From a virus, in the IMG/VR virus record IMGVR_UViG_3300027969_000045: a stretch of DNA of 64,000 bases; one strand, 5' to 3'. How positions within the stretch are numbered: the first letter of the stretch is position 1; each line of letters opens with the position of its first letter. Both the position numbers and the translations under genes were made by a program. Under the pieces are notes generated by a model. That model was not told where the DNA came from. It searched no databases and saw only the letters and a list, made by a program, of their open reading frames with translations. Of the stretch, positions 46,140 to 56,772 are shown in pieces.

Positions 46140-46810
46140 TGAAAGACATTTCTCTTTATGGGCATCTGACTATTGATACGATTCTTGACGGTAATTCTGA
46201 AAAGAAAAGTTTAGGATCAATGGCAAATGTTTGGAGATCTTTACTTGAGATTGATTCAACATTAAATATTGGACTTTCTCCAATTGATGTTGGTCAAGCA
46301 CTTGTTTATATTGATAAACTTTCAGCACAAAGGTATTCAAAAGCAAATTTAAATCTAGTTCAACACAAAGTAAAAATCTTCGAATCAAAAGTTCACCATC
46401 TAATTTATCTCAATGAAATGTCTATTCATGATTTTATTCCAAAACTGAATGGTATTATCACTGCAGATATATGTTCTGGAAAATCATTGAATAAAGATTT
46501 ACTTAAGGGTGTAGATTATCTTTTTATTTCTGATGAAGATATTGATGGCAATCTTTCAGATTACGTGAATACAATAAAGGGGTATGTGATACTTCATAGT
46601 TCATCAGGAAGCATTGTATCAAATGGAAAAGATGAGTTTTTCTATAAACTGCCTAAAGATTTAATACTGAAAGGTGTTAATGTTCTTGGTGCTGGTGATA
46701 CATTTGCGTCTTGTTTCTTATATAAATTACTAAGGAATGAAGGAAGCATCCACAACTGGATCGAATTTGCTCATTTAAAGACAACTGAAATTATTAGGAA
46801 TTCGATATGA
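46139..46810 (+). CDS. PfkB/ribokinase-family sugar kinase (minimal)
   Basis: GHLTIDTI, LGSMAN, NVLGAGDTF. Confidence 0.75.
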   Translation: MKDISLYGHLTIDTILDGNSEKKSLGSMANVWRSLLEIDSTLNIGLSPIDVGQALVYIDKLSAQRYSKANLNLVQHKVKIFESKVHHLIYLNEMSIHDFIPKLNGIITADICSGKSLNKDLLKGVDYLFISDEDIDGNLSDYVNTIKGYVILHSSSGSIVSNGKDEFFYKLPKDLILKGVNVLGAGDTFASCFLYKLLRNEGSIHNWIEFAHLKTTEIIRNSI

Positions 46811-47964
46811 AACCAAATATTCTTGTTCCGATGGCGGGACTTGGTAGTAGATTTATTAAAGAAGGATTTAAAGTACCAAAGCAGTTAATTAATATCAAAG
46901 ACAAACATCTAATTGATATTTCGCTTGATTGTTTGAACTATGAAGATTGTAATCTAATCTTCGTGGTTAGGGATGAAACTGTTTATAATTTTCATATTGA
47001 TGAACTCCTAAAGAAAAAGTTTGGTGAAGATATCAAGATTGTTATTATTGATAAACTTACTGATGGATCTGTGAGCAGTTGTCTGTATGCAGAAGAATAT
47101 ATTGATAATGATGCGCCTCTTGTAATTCATACTCTAGATATTGAATTCCGTCCAGTATTTGATCCGCATACTATTAATAACTTGAATGCAGATGGACTCC
47201 TTTTGACATTTAAATCAAATTCTGCAAATTATAGTTATGCTGATGTTAATGAAGATGGATATGTAAAAAGAACTGCTGAAAAGAAAGCAATTAGTTCTAA
47301 TGCCTGTGTTGGTATCTATGGATTCAAAAAAGGATCCGACTTCTGCAAGTATGCAAAGGAAATGATCGAAAGAGATATTAGAACTAATAATGAGTTTTAT
47401 ATTGCACCTTTGTATAATCTTCTTATTGATGATTGTAAGAAAATCGTTACTTCGGATGTAGATAAAATGCATGTATTTGGAACTCCTGATGAGTTTCATT
47501 TCTACAAAGAAAATGTCATTCGTAAGGTTGGTGATAAACCAATTGCTATTTGCTCAGACCATTCTGGATTTGAATCAAAGGAAAAGTTTAAACATATTCT
47601 AGAAAAACACAATCTTGAGTATATTGATTTTGGAACTATCTTGAATAAGGATTGTGATTATAGTGATTATATTGCACAAGCAGTTAAAGCAATTGCTGAG
47701 CGTGATTGTGATTATGGATTTGGTTTCTGTAGAACAGGTCAAGGTGTGAATATTTGTGCTAACAAATACAAAGGTATTCGTTCAGCACTTATCTATGATG
47801 ATTTCTCTATGGAGATGGCAATCCGACATAATTGTGCTAACTTTTTTGCAATTCCTGCAAAAGATTATACTATCGAAAAAATGGATAAGTATTTGGAAAT
47901 CTGTTCTACTCATAACTTTGATGGCGGTCGTCATCAGGTTCGTATTCAGGAATTAGAAAAATGA
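46807..47964 (+). CDS. Sugar-phosphate nucleotidyltransferase fused to RpiB/LacAB isomerase
   Basis: PMAGLGSRF..PKQLI..NNEFYIAP..FGTP, then SDHSG..DY..CRTGQG..ANK..GIRSA..HNCAN..FDGGRH. Confidence 0.85.
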   Translation: MKPNILVPMAGLGSRFIKEGFKVPKQLINIKDKHLIDISLDCLNYEDCNLIFVVRDETVYNFHIDELLKKKFGEDIKIVIIDKLTDGSVSSCLYAEEYIDNDAPLVIHTLDIEFRPVFDPHTINNLNADGLLLTFKSNSANYSYADVNEDGYVKRTAEKKAISSNACVGIYGFKKGSDFCKYAKEMIERDIRTNNEFYIAPLYNLLIDDCKKIVTSDVDKMHVFGTPDEFHFYKENVIRKVGDKPIAICSDHSGFESKEKFKHILEKHNLEYIDFGTILNKDCDYSDYIAQAVKAIAERDCDYGFGFCRTGQGVNICANKYKGIRSALIYDDFSMEMAIRHNCANFFAIPAKDYTIEKMDKYLEICSTHNFDGGRHQVRIQELEK

Positions 47965-48281
47965 TTCAAGCAAATATTGTTGACTTTAAAGCAGGATGGT
48001 TTGTTGGGGACTTTGAACCATCTATTTTTAAGAATCCATTTTTTGAAGTTGCACACCATTCTCACACAAAAGGTCAACAAACTTTTCCTCATTACCATGC
48101 AGTCACTAATGAACTTAACTACATTGTAAAAGGTGAACTAATAGTATCTGGAAAGCATTTGAATGCAGGTAATATGTGGATCTATGAACCAAAGGAAATT
48201 TCTGATGTTGAGTTCTTGAGTGATGTTGATCTTATAGTAGTGAGATGGCCGTCTATTCCTTCGGATAAGTATATGGTATGA
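47961..48281 (+). CDS. Cupin-fold protein
   Basis: GWFVGDFEP, PHYHAVTNELNYIVKG. Confidence 0.7.
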   Translation: MIQANIVDFKAGWFVGDFEPSIFKNPFFEVAHHSHTKGQQTFPHYHAVTNELNYIVKGELIVSGKHLNAGNMWIYEPKEISDVEFLSDVDLIVVRWPSIPSDKYMV

Positions 48282-48745
48282 AACTGATAGCACATAGAGG
48301 TAATATTGTAGGACCTAATCCTCTAGAGGAGAATAAACTAGAATACATTGAAGCAGCAATTGCAGGTGGATATGATGTTGAGATTGATGTAAGATGGGAA
48401 GATCATCAGTTTTATTTGGGACATGATGGACCACAATATTATGTCCCTATGACTTGGTTAGTTAAAAGAAAAGATAAACTTTGGATTCATTGTAAAGATT
48501 TTAAATCTTTGAATATTTTTTCTAATAGTCCAATAGATTTTAACTTTTTTTGGCATGAAAACGATAAGTATACTTTGACTAGTAAAGGTTATATTTGGAC
48601 TTATCCTGGGCAATTATTTGAAAATAATTCTGTTATTGTAATGCCAGAAGTATTCGACTTGCAAAATATTCAAGATAATGGTACAATAGCATACAGCAAA
48701 AAATCTTTTGCTGTATGTAGTGACTATGTGGAAAAATTTAAATGA
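48278..48745 (+). CDS. GDPD/PI-PLC-like phosphodiesterase-fold protein
   Basis: IAHRGN..EN..DVEIDV..LGHD..WIHCK..VCSD. Confidence 0.75.
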   Translation: MKLIAHRGNIVGPNPLEENKLEYIEAAIAGGYDVEIDVRWEDHQFYLGHDGPQYYVPMTWLVKRKDKLWIHCKDFKSLNIFSNSPIDFNFFWHENDKYTLTSKGYIWTYPGQLFENNSVIVMPEVFDLQNIQDNGTIAYSKKSFAVCSDYVEKFK

Positions 48746-49353
48746 CATCTACGATTTCCCCAGTATTTAAAGAATTAAAACAATATGATAAAATTAATGT
48801 TATAGATGTTGGATCTGCAAGAGCATCTTTTTTGGTAGAATTGGAAAAATCCTTTGATCTAAAAAATGTTTATTCTATAGGAATTGATCCAATTGATTAT
48901 GGAGTAGAATCTCATTATGATAAGTTTTATCGTGTTTGTCTGGATGACGTTAAAACTCCTCAAAAGCAAATATTTTATAACGATGATCAATCCTCTTCGC
49001 TGCTTTCTTCCAAAGGTGAAAAAATGGGCTTGGTTGACATTTTAAATATCAATAGCATTATCGATGTTGATATACCAGAAAATATTATACATTTTATTAA
49101 AATAGATGCAGAAGGAAAGGATTTGTCTATTGTAAAATCTTTATCAAAACAAAATTTAAATAGAACAAAATTTATTGCAATAGAATGTCCAAATAAAATT
49201 CCAAGATATGATGGCGAATATATTAAAAAAGATTGTATTGAATATTTTAATTCTATAAATTTTGAATTTTTTTATGAATACGATACTAATATTGAATCTT
49301 GGAACAAATCAGATTTGAGTGATGTCGTTTTTATAAACAAACGAGAATTATGA
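48742..49353 (+). CDS. FkbM-family methyltransferase
   Basis: VIDVGS, GIDP, FIKIDAEGKDL. Confidence 0.75.
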   Translation: MTSTISPVFKELKQYDKINVIDVGSARASFLVELEKSFDLKNVYSIGIDPIDYGVESHYDKFYRVCLDDVKTPQKQIFYNDDQSSSLLSSKGEKMGLVDILNINSIIDVDIPENIIHFIKIDAEGKDLSIVKSLSKQNLNRTKFIAIECPNKIPRYDGEYIKKDCIEYFNSINFEFFYEYDTNIESWNKSDLSDVVFINKREL

Positions 49354-50090
49354 AAGTAGCATTATGTTTATCCGGTCAACCAAGAGTAGTTGACATTGGG
49401 TTTCAAAAACTAAGCCAATCAATTCTTCAGCACAATGATGTTGATGTGTTTATTCATACTTGGTTTGATCCTGAAAATCTTAGTACAAATTCTGTCATTC
49501 CTGGCAGAGAATCTCATAGGTTAGATCCTCAAGCAATTGATAAATTGATTCATTATTATCAACCAAAACGCATTATGGTTGAAAAACCAAAAAAGTGGTC
49601 AAAAAGATATGAGTTTCCTGATAAGGTTTTTACACATTCGCATACTTGGGCACTTGAAGTTCCTGTAGGATTGGAAGCGGCAAAAGATTATATTTGTGAT
49701 ACTACAAATAGTATGTTTTATAGTATTATGATGTCAAATCTTTTGAAGGAGCAATATTCAACAGAAATCGGAATTGAATATGATTTAGTAATTCGAAATA
49801 GAATTGACTATTCTCCTCATGTAGTGCTAAAATTGAATGAGATTCCAATAGATGATTGTACACTAATATATCAAGATCTATATCAACCTGATGGTATGAT
49901 TAGTGATTGGTTTGGTATGGGATCAACAAACACTATGAATGTTTTTTGTGGCGTATATAATCAAATAGGTCATCTCATCCGACAATCAAATGAAGTTGAT
50001 GGATATTGGTGCAATGAACTTCTTCTTAAACATCATATCAAAAATAATAAAATTAAAACAAATCCTATAGACTATCAAGTTCACTATTAA
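49350..50090 (+). CDS. Glycan-biosynthesis-associated protein
   Basis: [28 protein letters not shown]; position within the glycan island. Confidence 0.6.
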   Translation: MKVALCLSGQPRVVDIGFQKLSQSILQHNDVDVFIHTWFDPENLSTNSVIPGRESHRLDPQAIDKLIHYYQPKRIMVEKPKKWSKRYEFPDKVFTHSHTWALEVPVGLEAAKDYICDTTNSMFYSIMMSNLLKEQYSTEIGIEYDLVIRNRIDYSPHVVLKLNEIPIDDCTLIYQDLYQPDGMISDWFGMGSTNTMNVFCGVYNQIGHLIRQSNEVDGYWCNELLLKHHIKNNKIKTNPIDYQVHY

Positions 50091-50091
50091 C

Positions 50092-51117
50092 ATGAAGAAA
50101 GCACTTATTACTGGCATTACTGGTCAAGATGGATCATATCTTGCGGATTTACTTTTGAGCAAAGGATATGAAGTTCATGGAATTATTCGTAGAAATTCAA
50201 CATCAGATTGTACTGATAGAATTAATTATCTTTTAGGAAATCCCAAAATCACTTTACATTACGGAGATCTAACTGATTTCTCAAATATTACATCTATCAT
50301 TCAAGAAACTCGTCCTGATGAGATCTATAATCTTGCAGCACAAAGTCATGTAAAAGTATCTTTTTCCAATGCACTTTATACTGCTGATGTAGATGCTTTA
50401 GGTGTTTGTCGTATTCTTGAAGCACTACGAATTCTTGGCATGATTAATACGACCAAGTTTTATCAGGCAAGCACTTCAGAAATGTATGGTCTTGTTCAAG
50501 AAATTCCTCAACGTGAAGGTACAAAATTTCATCCAAGATCTCCTTATGGTGTGGCAAAACTTTATGCTTATTGGATTACTAAAAACTATCGTGAAGCATA
50601 TGGTTTGTTTGGATGTAACGGAATTCTTTTTAATCATGAAAGTCCTCGTCGCGGAGAAACTTTTGTGACTCGTAAGATTACTAAAACTCTTGCAGAGATC
50701 AAGAATGGTAAACGTAGTCTACCATTAGAACTTGGTAATATAGACGCAAAACGTGATTGGGGTCATGCAAAAGATTATGTGGAGGCAATGTGGTTAATAC
50801 TTCAACGTAATAAACCAGATGATTATGTTGTTGCAATGGGTGAACAGCATTCTGTTCGTGAATTTGTTGAGATTGCCTGTGAACATTTTGGATTTGATAT
50901 TGAATGGAAAGGAGAGGGAATAGAGGAGGTGGCAGTCTTTAGAAATACAAATAATGTTCTTATAAAAATTAATTCAGAATTTTATCGTCCTGCTGAAGTT
51001 GATTCTCTTGTTGGTGATTCTAGTTATACTAAAAGCAGAATTGGTTGGATTCCCAGATACTCTTTTTCTGATCTTGTAACGGAAATGTGCGATAGTGATT
51101 TGGAGGCAACAAAGTGA
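50092..51117 (+). CDS. gmd: GDP-mannose 4,6-dehydratase
   Basis: [57 protein letters not shown]. Confidence 0.96.
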   Translation: MKKALITGITGQDGSYLADLLLSKGYEVHGIIRRNSTSDCTDRINYLLGNPKITLHYGDLTDFSNITSIIQETRPDEIYNLAAQSHVKVSFSNALYTADVDALGVCRILEALRILGMINTTKFYQASTSEMYGLVQEIPQREGTKFHPRSPYGVAKLYAYWITKNYREAYGLFGCNGILFNHESPRRGETFVTRKITKTLAEIKNGKRSLPLELGNIDAKRDWGHAKDYVEAMWLILQRNKPDDYVVAMGEQHSVREFVEIACEHFGFDIEWKGEGIEEVAVFRNTNNVLIKINSEFYRPAEVDSLVGDSSYTKSRIGWIPRYSFSDLVTEMCDSDLEATK

Positions 51118-52043
51118 AGAAAAGGATTGTATTTTGGGTAGAAAATAAACCATATCAAACTTTTTCTTACATCTATGCTGGAATGAAAAAAGCATTTGAA
51201 AGATTGGGTTGTGAAACATATTGGTTTAGTGATTCTAATTATCCTTCAAAATTGGAGTTTGATTACTCGGATTGTATTTTTTTTGTAGATAATCAAGGTC
51301 CACTTGATTGGAATGTTCCTATTATTGATAGTGGAATTTATTTTTCTTATGATAAATTTACAAATCTGGATAAGTATCTTGATAAGGTCAAGTGTCTTGT
51401 GAATTATCGAGTTGCTGAATTCAAAAAACCAATTCCGGATAATGATAGGTATATTGAAGTTGAAAAAGGAGTTACTTTTGATACTCAAGCACCAGAACCT
51501 TATAATGTTGTTTATTTTAGTTGGGCAACTAATTTGCTTCCTGATGAAATTGATTTTGATTGGGCCAATAAACAGAGAAATGATGAATATAATTTTGTTG
51601 GTACTATTCATTCTCCCCGTCCAAATTCCAAACCCCTTCATCAAGATTTTATTGATATTGTAAAAAATAAAAATATTACATTCAATCATTATAATCCTAA
51701 TATTAATCCTGCAACTGATCAGGAACATATTGAGATTCTTCAAAAATCGATGTTTGTTCCAGATTTTAGACCACAAGAACAAAAAGATAATTGGTATGTT
51801 TCATGTCGTGTTTTGAAGGCAATTAGTTATGGTTGTCTTACTGTTTCGGATTCTTCTTATCTTAAACACTTTATTGATGATAGTCTTTTGGTTTCTGAAA
51901 ATGCTCAAGAAATATTTGATCTTGGAATGAGAAATCAGTATAATAAAGATTTAATTGTACATCAAATGGAAATTATAAAAAGAGATCATACTTATTTAAA
52001 TAGGTGCAAAGGTATTCTTCAAATCGTAGAAAATATAAAATGA
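51114..52043 (+). CDS. Putative glycosyltransferase (GT-B)
   Basis: [32 protein letters not shown]. Confidence 0.6.
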   Translation: MKKRIVFWVENKPYQTFSYIYAGMKKAFERLGCETYWFSDSNYPSKLEFDYSDCIFFVDNQGPLDWNVPIIDSGIYFSYDKFTNLDKYLDKVKCLVNYRVAEFKKPIPDNDRYIEVEKGVTFDTQAPEPYNVVYFSWATNLLPDEIDFDWANKQRNDEYNFVGTIHSPRPNSKPLHQDFIDIVKNKNITFNHYNPNINPATDQEHIEILQKSMFVPDFRPQEQKDNWYVSCRVLKAISYGCLTVSDSSYLKHFIDDSLLVSENAQEIFDLGMRNQYNKDLIVHQMEIIKRDHTYLNRCKGILQIVENIK

Positions 52044-52897
52044 AAATTACAATTTTAGGTTCCAGTGGACAGATCGGTGCCTATCTTACCGAGTATCTGC
52101 GTAAAAAAGGACATGTAGTTGAAGAGTTTGATGTAGTTAATGGACCTTCACAGGATATGACCGTAATTCCTAATCAATATCTTGAAATAAAAATTAGAGA
52201 TTCTGATTTTGTATTCTTCCTTGCATTTGATGTGGGTGGATCACGTTATCTTAAAAAGTATCAACATACTTTCCAGTTCATTGATAATAATACTCGTTTG
52301 ATGGCAAATGCTTTTGGATTTCTTCAAAAGTATAATAAGAGGTTCATCTTTGCCTCATCTCAGATGAGTAACATGAGTTATTCTCCTTATGGAGTTCTCA
52401 AGAACGTTGGTGAACTGTATACCAAATCACTTAAAGGACTGATCGTTAAGTTTTGGAATGTTTATGGTATTGAGAAAGATCAAGAAAAAGCACACGTCAT
52501 CACAGACTTTATTCGTAAAGGATTTGAGACTGGTTTGATTGATATGCTTACTGATGGCGAAGAGGAACGTGAGTTTCTTTATGCTGAAGATTGTTGTGAA
52601 GCACTTGAAACCATTATGGAGAATTATACTGACTTTACCTCAGAAGATAATCTTCATATTACTAGTTACCATCCAACTAAGATTATTGATATTGCAAATA
52701 TGATTATTGGGCAATTTAATTTGATTGGTAAGTATGATATAAAACTTCAACCATCTACCGAAAAAGATAGTGTTCAGATGGATAAAAAGAATCGTCCAGA
52801 TTTATATCTTTCTAAGTGGTGGATTCCCAAAACAACAATAGATCAAGGAATTTCAAAAGTTTTTAAAAGTATGGAGAAAAATTATGTTAGCGTGTAA
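52040..52897 (+). CDS. NAD-dependent epimerase/dehydratase
   Basis: LGSSGQIG, ASS, YGVLK, NVYG, REFLY. Confidence 0.85.
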   Translation: MKITILGSSGQIGAYLTEYLRKKGHVVEEFDVVNGPSQDMTVIPNQYLEIKIRDSDFVFFLAFDVGGSRYLKKYQHTFQFIDNNTRLMANAFGFLQKYNKRFIFASSQMSNMSYSPYGVLKNVGELYTKSLKGLIVKFWNVYGIEKDQEKAHVITDFIRKGFETGLIDMLTDGEEEREFLYAEDCCEALETIMENYTDFTSEDNLHITSYHPTKIIDIANMIIGQFNLIGKYDIKLQPSTEKDSVQMDKKNRPDLYLSKWWIPKTTIDQGISKVFKSMEKNYVSV

Positions 52898-53726
52898 TCA
52901 ACTTGGCAATAATGGAAGACTTGGGAATCAAATGTTCCAATATGCTGCACTAAAAGGTATCGCACATCGTAGAGGATTTGATTATTGTATTCCCCCATTT
53001 GACCAACAAGGAATTGATAATTATGGACTTGGTGATGCCTTTAATATTAAATCTTTTACTGGTATAGCAAATCTTCCATCAGTTGGAGAACCTCATTTTC
53101 ATTACAGTGAAGAATTTCACAATACTTGTCCAGATGATGTTACTCTTGTTGGATATTTCCAAACTGAAAAATATTTCAAAGATATTGAAGACCAAATCCG
53201 CCAAGACTTTATTTTTAGAGATGAATGGATGGAACCCTGTAAGGGGTTTCTTCAAGAGTTTGAGGGACAAGAGATCGCTTTCCTTCATGTTCGCCGTGGA
53301 GATCCAAATCTAGTGGATCGTAGGGGATTTAAATGGGCATACGTGAATTGTTCCGATCAACATCCAGTTCAATCTTTGGAATATTATGAGGAGGCAATCA
53401 AGAGATTGCCAGAAGATATGCCGATACTTGTTTTTTCTGATTCAATTGAATGGTGTAAAGAACAAGAATTCTTTCAACCAGATAGATTTTTATTTTCGGA
53501 ATCAGAAGACAAATATTCAGATGGCGCTTTGGTTCCATATGTTGATTTGTGCTTGATGTCCTTGTGTGATCATGCTATAATTGCTAATAGTAGTATGAGT
53601 TGGTGGGGTGCTTGGTTGATGAAAAATCCAAACAAAAAAGTAATCGCACCAAAAATGTGGTTTGGAACAGCATATTCTCACCACATCACAAAAGACATTT
53701 ACTGCGATAATTGGGAGATTATTTGA
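52884..53726 (+). CDS. alpha-1,2-fucosyltransferase (GT11)
   Basis: GRLGNQMFQYA, GYFQ, HVRRGD, FSD, ANSSMSWWGAWL. Confidence 0.9.
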   Translation: MLACNQLGNNGRLGNQMFQYAALKGIAHRRGFDYCIPPFDQQGIDNYGLGDAFNIKSFTGIANLPSVGEPHFHYSEEFHNTCPDDVTLVGYFQTEKYFKDIEDQIRQDFIFRDEWMEPCKGFLQEFEGQEIAFLHVRRGDPNLVDRRGFKWAYVNCSDQHPVQSLEYYEEAIKRLPEDMPILVFSDSIEWCKEQEFFQPDRFLFSESEDKYSDGALVPYVDLCLMSLCDHAIIANSSMSWWGAWLMKNPNKKVIAPKMWFGTAYSHHITKDIYCDNWEII

Positions 53727-54553
53727 TGATTTATATTTCTGGGTCTAATGGATTGATCGGAACAGAACTGACAAAAAATATTCAAAACTATATTCCAATC
53801 TCTTATAGGAATCAATATCCAGAAATAAATTTTTTATCGAATTCTACATTGATTCATTTATCTTCATCAACCACTCCTAGAAATAGTTTTGGTGAATTGC
53901 AATCATCATTTAATAGTGATGTTTTGATTCCTTTTGAATTGTTTCAAAATTATTTAAAAGTAAATTCAAATGGAAGAATTATTTTTCTTTCTACTGCTGG
54001 GGATTTACATAGTTCTGAATTTGATGTTTGGTCTAATGAAGAATCAGAACCTATTCCAAAGTCAATTTATGGCGCACATAAATTACTTTTAGAACATTGT
54101 ACAAAGTTACTTCATAGTCAATATGATTTTACGAGTATAGTTTTAAGAACTACAAATGTTTATGGTGGAAAGATTGACCCAAAAAGAGTGAATGGATTGA
54201 TTGATAAATTGATTTCAAATAATAATGAAATCGTAATAACATCAAATATTAAAACGACAGTTAATTTTATTCATATTAGTGATTTGATTAGTTTAATTTT
54301 GCAATCATTGGATGCGAATCTTAAAGGATTTAATTTATTTTTGGTTGGCAGTGAAAAATCCATTTCTATTCAGGATTTGATTGAAAAAATATCATCATAT
54401 ATTTCTCCAAATATTGTATTTAAAAATGAGAATTCAAATCCCTCATACATAAACATAGACACCTCAAAGGTGCAAAAATATCTCAATTGGAAATGCAAAT
54501 ATTCAATTGATAGTGGTATAATTAAACAAGTACAATCTTTGAATTCTTTATGA
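53726..54553 (+). CDS. NAD-dependent epimerase/reductase
   Basis: SGSNGLIG, LST, YGAHK, NVYG, FIHISD. Confidence 0.75.
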   Translation: MIYISGSNGLIGTELTKNIQNYIPISYRNQYPEINFLSNSTLIHLSSSTTPRNSFGELQSSFNSDVLIPFELFQNYLKVNSNGRIIFLSTAGDLHSSEFDVWSNEESEPIPKSIYGAHKLLLEHCTKLLHSQYDFTSIVLRTTNVYGGKIDPKRVNGLIDKLISNNNEIVITSNIKTTVNFIHISDLISLILQSLDANLKGFNLFLVGSEKSISIQDLIEKISSYISPNIVFKNENSNPSYINIDTSKVQKYLNWKCKYSIDSGIIKQVQSLNSL

Positions 54554-55269
54554 AAATTGCTATTTCATTTTTTGGGACAGGAAGTTATTTGAATTTTCTT
54601 CCTAATTGGTATACGTCCATTCATGATAATTTTCTTCCAGGTGTAGAAAAAAAGTTTATTGTATTTACAGATGGAGAGGGTGATTTTCCAGAAGATGTTA
54701 CTAAAATAGAAATAGAACATTTTGGGTGGCCTGATGTTTTTTACAAAACATTTGAAACAATCTTGAAAGCAAAAGAAATTATTTCTGAATGCGATTGGTT
54801 TATTTCTATTGATGCGGATATGATTGTTAATGGCAAAGTATCTATTGAAGAATTTATTGATGAAACCAAAGATTATATTGGAGTTCATCATCCTTGTGCT
54901 TATTTAAAACTTCCACCACACGACAAATATCCAGGATCTTTTGATGTAAATCCACTATCAAATGCTTACATCACCGAAGATATGGATACTTCTGTTTATT
55001 ATCAAGGATGTTTATGGGGTGGAAAGGTTCCTGAAATTATTGAAATGATGGAACTTTTAGATGAATGGACAAAGAAAGATATTGAAAAGAATTCTACTCC
55101 CGTTTGGTATGAAGAATCTTATTTTAATAAGTTTTTTATTACAAACAAAGAAAGAGTACATACACTTCCTCCGTCATTTGCTTATCCAGAAGACTTTAAA
55201 CAATATTGCGATTTTGAAGAAAAAATCACACATATCTCTAAAAATAATCAACAATATCATAATCAATGA
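54550..55269 (+). CDS. GT6 family glycosyltransferase (ABO/alpha-1,3-Gal(NAc)T-like)
   Basis: GTGSY, VFTD, GWP, IDADM, HHP, YYQGCLWGG, WYEESYFNK. Confidence 0.82.
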   Translation: MKIAISFFGTGSYLNFLPNWYTSIHDNFLPGVEKKFIVFTDGEGDFPEDVTKIEIEHFGWPDVFYKTFETILKAKEIISECDWFISIDADMIVNGKVSIEEFIDETKDYIGVHHPCAYLKLPPHDKYPGSFDVNPLSNAYITEDMDTSVYYQGCLWGGKVPEIIEMMELLDEWTKKDIEKNSTPVWYEESYFNKFFITNKERVHTLPPSFAYPEDFKQYCDFEEKITHISKNNQQYHNQ

Positions 55270-56048
55270 CTATGACTAAAAATTTATCAGTTTATTATCA
55301 TATCTGGAGTCCTGGCGGAACGGATCTTTGGAAATTGATGGTAGACGAACAACTTAAAAGAATTTATCGCAATGGACTTACGGAAAGTGCTTCTATCTAT
55401 TGCGCTATTAATGGACCACAAGCAAACCGAATTGCAGAATATATCTCCATCTATGATTGGTTAAATGTTCTTGATGTTTCAATTGATGAAAGTGAGTATG
55501 AAGGATTCACTTTAAAGAGAGCATACGAAGAGGCACATTTCAATCCAGATTTGAAAGCAGTTGCTTATCTTCATACAAAAGGCATTAGTCATATGTGTGG
55601 AGTTCGGGATCATTACTCTGATCGTAAGTTTAGAGCAGTGAATAGTTGGAGACATCAAATGGAATGGGGCATTCTTGATCGGTGGAAAGAAGCGGTAGAA
55701 AAACTTGACGAATATCAAGTTTCTGGTGTAAATTATTGTTTGGATCCTTGGCCTCATATGAGTGGAAACTTTTGGTGGGCACGGGCGGATTATCTTAAAA
55801 CTTTAATTCATCCCACTAGAGATAGATTTCCAAATGACAATAGAGATTTTGGACCAATTCAAAGAATGAATTTTGAAAAATGGATTGGACTGAATAATCC
55901 AAAATCTTTCAGTTTTTACGATGCTCCATTTAGTTATGATTTTAAAGGAATGACACCAGATGTACAACCAACACCCCCAGGAGAACCGCATTGGTTCTGG
56001 TTGTACCGAGACGACATTGAACCCTATTATAGAAAGGAAGGTAACTGA
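55266..56048 (+). CDS. Putative glycosyltransferase-like protein
   Basis: YYHI, YE..TL, YLHTKG, WR..M, SGNFWWA. Confidence 0.55.
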   Translation: MTMTKNLSVYYHIWSPGGTDLWKLMVDEQLKRIYRNGLTESASIYCAINGPQANRIAEYISIYDWLNVLDVSIDESEYEGFTLKRAYEEAHFNPDLKAVAYLHTKGISHMCGVRDHYSDRKFRAVNSWRHQMEWGILDRWKEAVEKLDEYQVSGVNYCLDPWPHMSGNFWWARADYLKTLIHPTRDRFPNDNRDFGPIQRMNFEKWIGLNNPKSFSFYDAPFSYDFKGMTPDVQPTPPGEPHWFWLYRDDIEPYYRKEGN

Positions 56049-56049
56049 T

Positions 56050-56772
56050 ATGACTTTTGGATGCTTTCATACAGTGTATGAAAATAAAAGAGCAACAGAG
56101 TTTATTTTGCAAGAGTTTAGAAAATATTATCCAGATGCTCCTTATACTTTGATTTGTGATGGTGGAGTAGATTACTCTGATCTTGCTGTAAAGTACAATT
56201 GTAAATATATTCATTCGTATATGCATATTGGCAGAAGAAATTCTGGGGATCCTTCTGGAATTTATGGATTCACAAAGGATGAAAGTCTTCATTGGATTCA
56301 TATGTTTAGGGAGGCAGCAAGACACGTTAAAGAAAATGGTGGAACACATATGATTATGATGGAAGATGATGTTCTCACTCAAGGTGAAGTGAAAATTAAT
56401 CCAATTTGGGAATGTGCTGGATTTGATGTTCCGGGAAATAAAATTTCTCCTGGTCTTTTGAAGTTTATTGAAGAAAAGTATAATGCAAAACCAAATGTTG
56501 ATTGGTATGGTGCTGGTGGCGGAACCATTTATAATATTGAAACATTTTTAGATAACTATCATAAAATCTATGATTTTATTGATTTTGATTTTGAAAATAT
56601 TCTAGAAAATATGGATTATAGATTTGGTTGGTTGGATCTTTATATGCAAATTGCTTATTTTGTAATTGGTAAACATTATTCAATTAATACAAATTTAACT
56701 GAAGTTTGGAAAACACCAAACTTTAGGGATAGTGAATTTACTCTTGTTCATGCTTATAAGGAATTATACTGA
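56050..56772 (+). CDS. Putative GT-A glycosyltransferase
   Basis: LICDGG, MMEDDV, YGAGGGT. Confidence 0.6.
   Translation: MTFGCFHTVYENKRATEFILQEFRKYYPDAPYTLICDGGVDYSDLAVKYNCKYIHSYMHIGRRNSGDPSGIYGFTKDESLHWIHMFREAARHVKENGGTHMIMMEDDVLTQGEVKINPIWECAGFDVPGNKISPGLLKFIEEKYNAKPNVDWYGAGGGTIYNIETFLDNYHKIYDFIDFDFENILENMDYRFGWLDLYMQIAYFVIGKHYSINTNLTEVWKTPNFRDSEFTLVHAYKELY

Noticed and set aside
51246-51782. Long minus-strand ORFs in the track (for example 51246-51782, 22300-22767, 55942-56382, 6864-7265)
   Set aside because: They are shadows of well-supported plus-strand genes, with no motifs or promoters.
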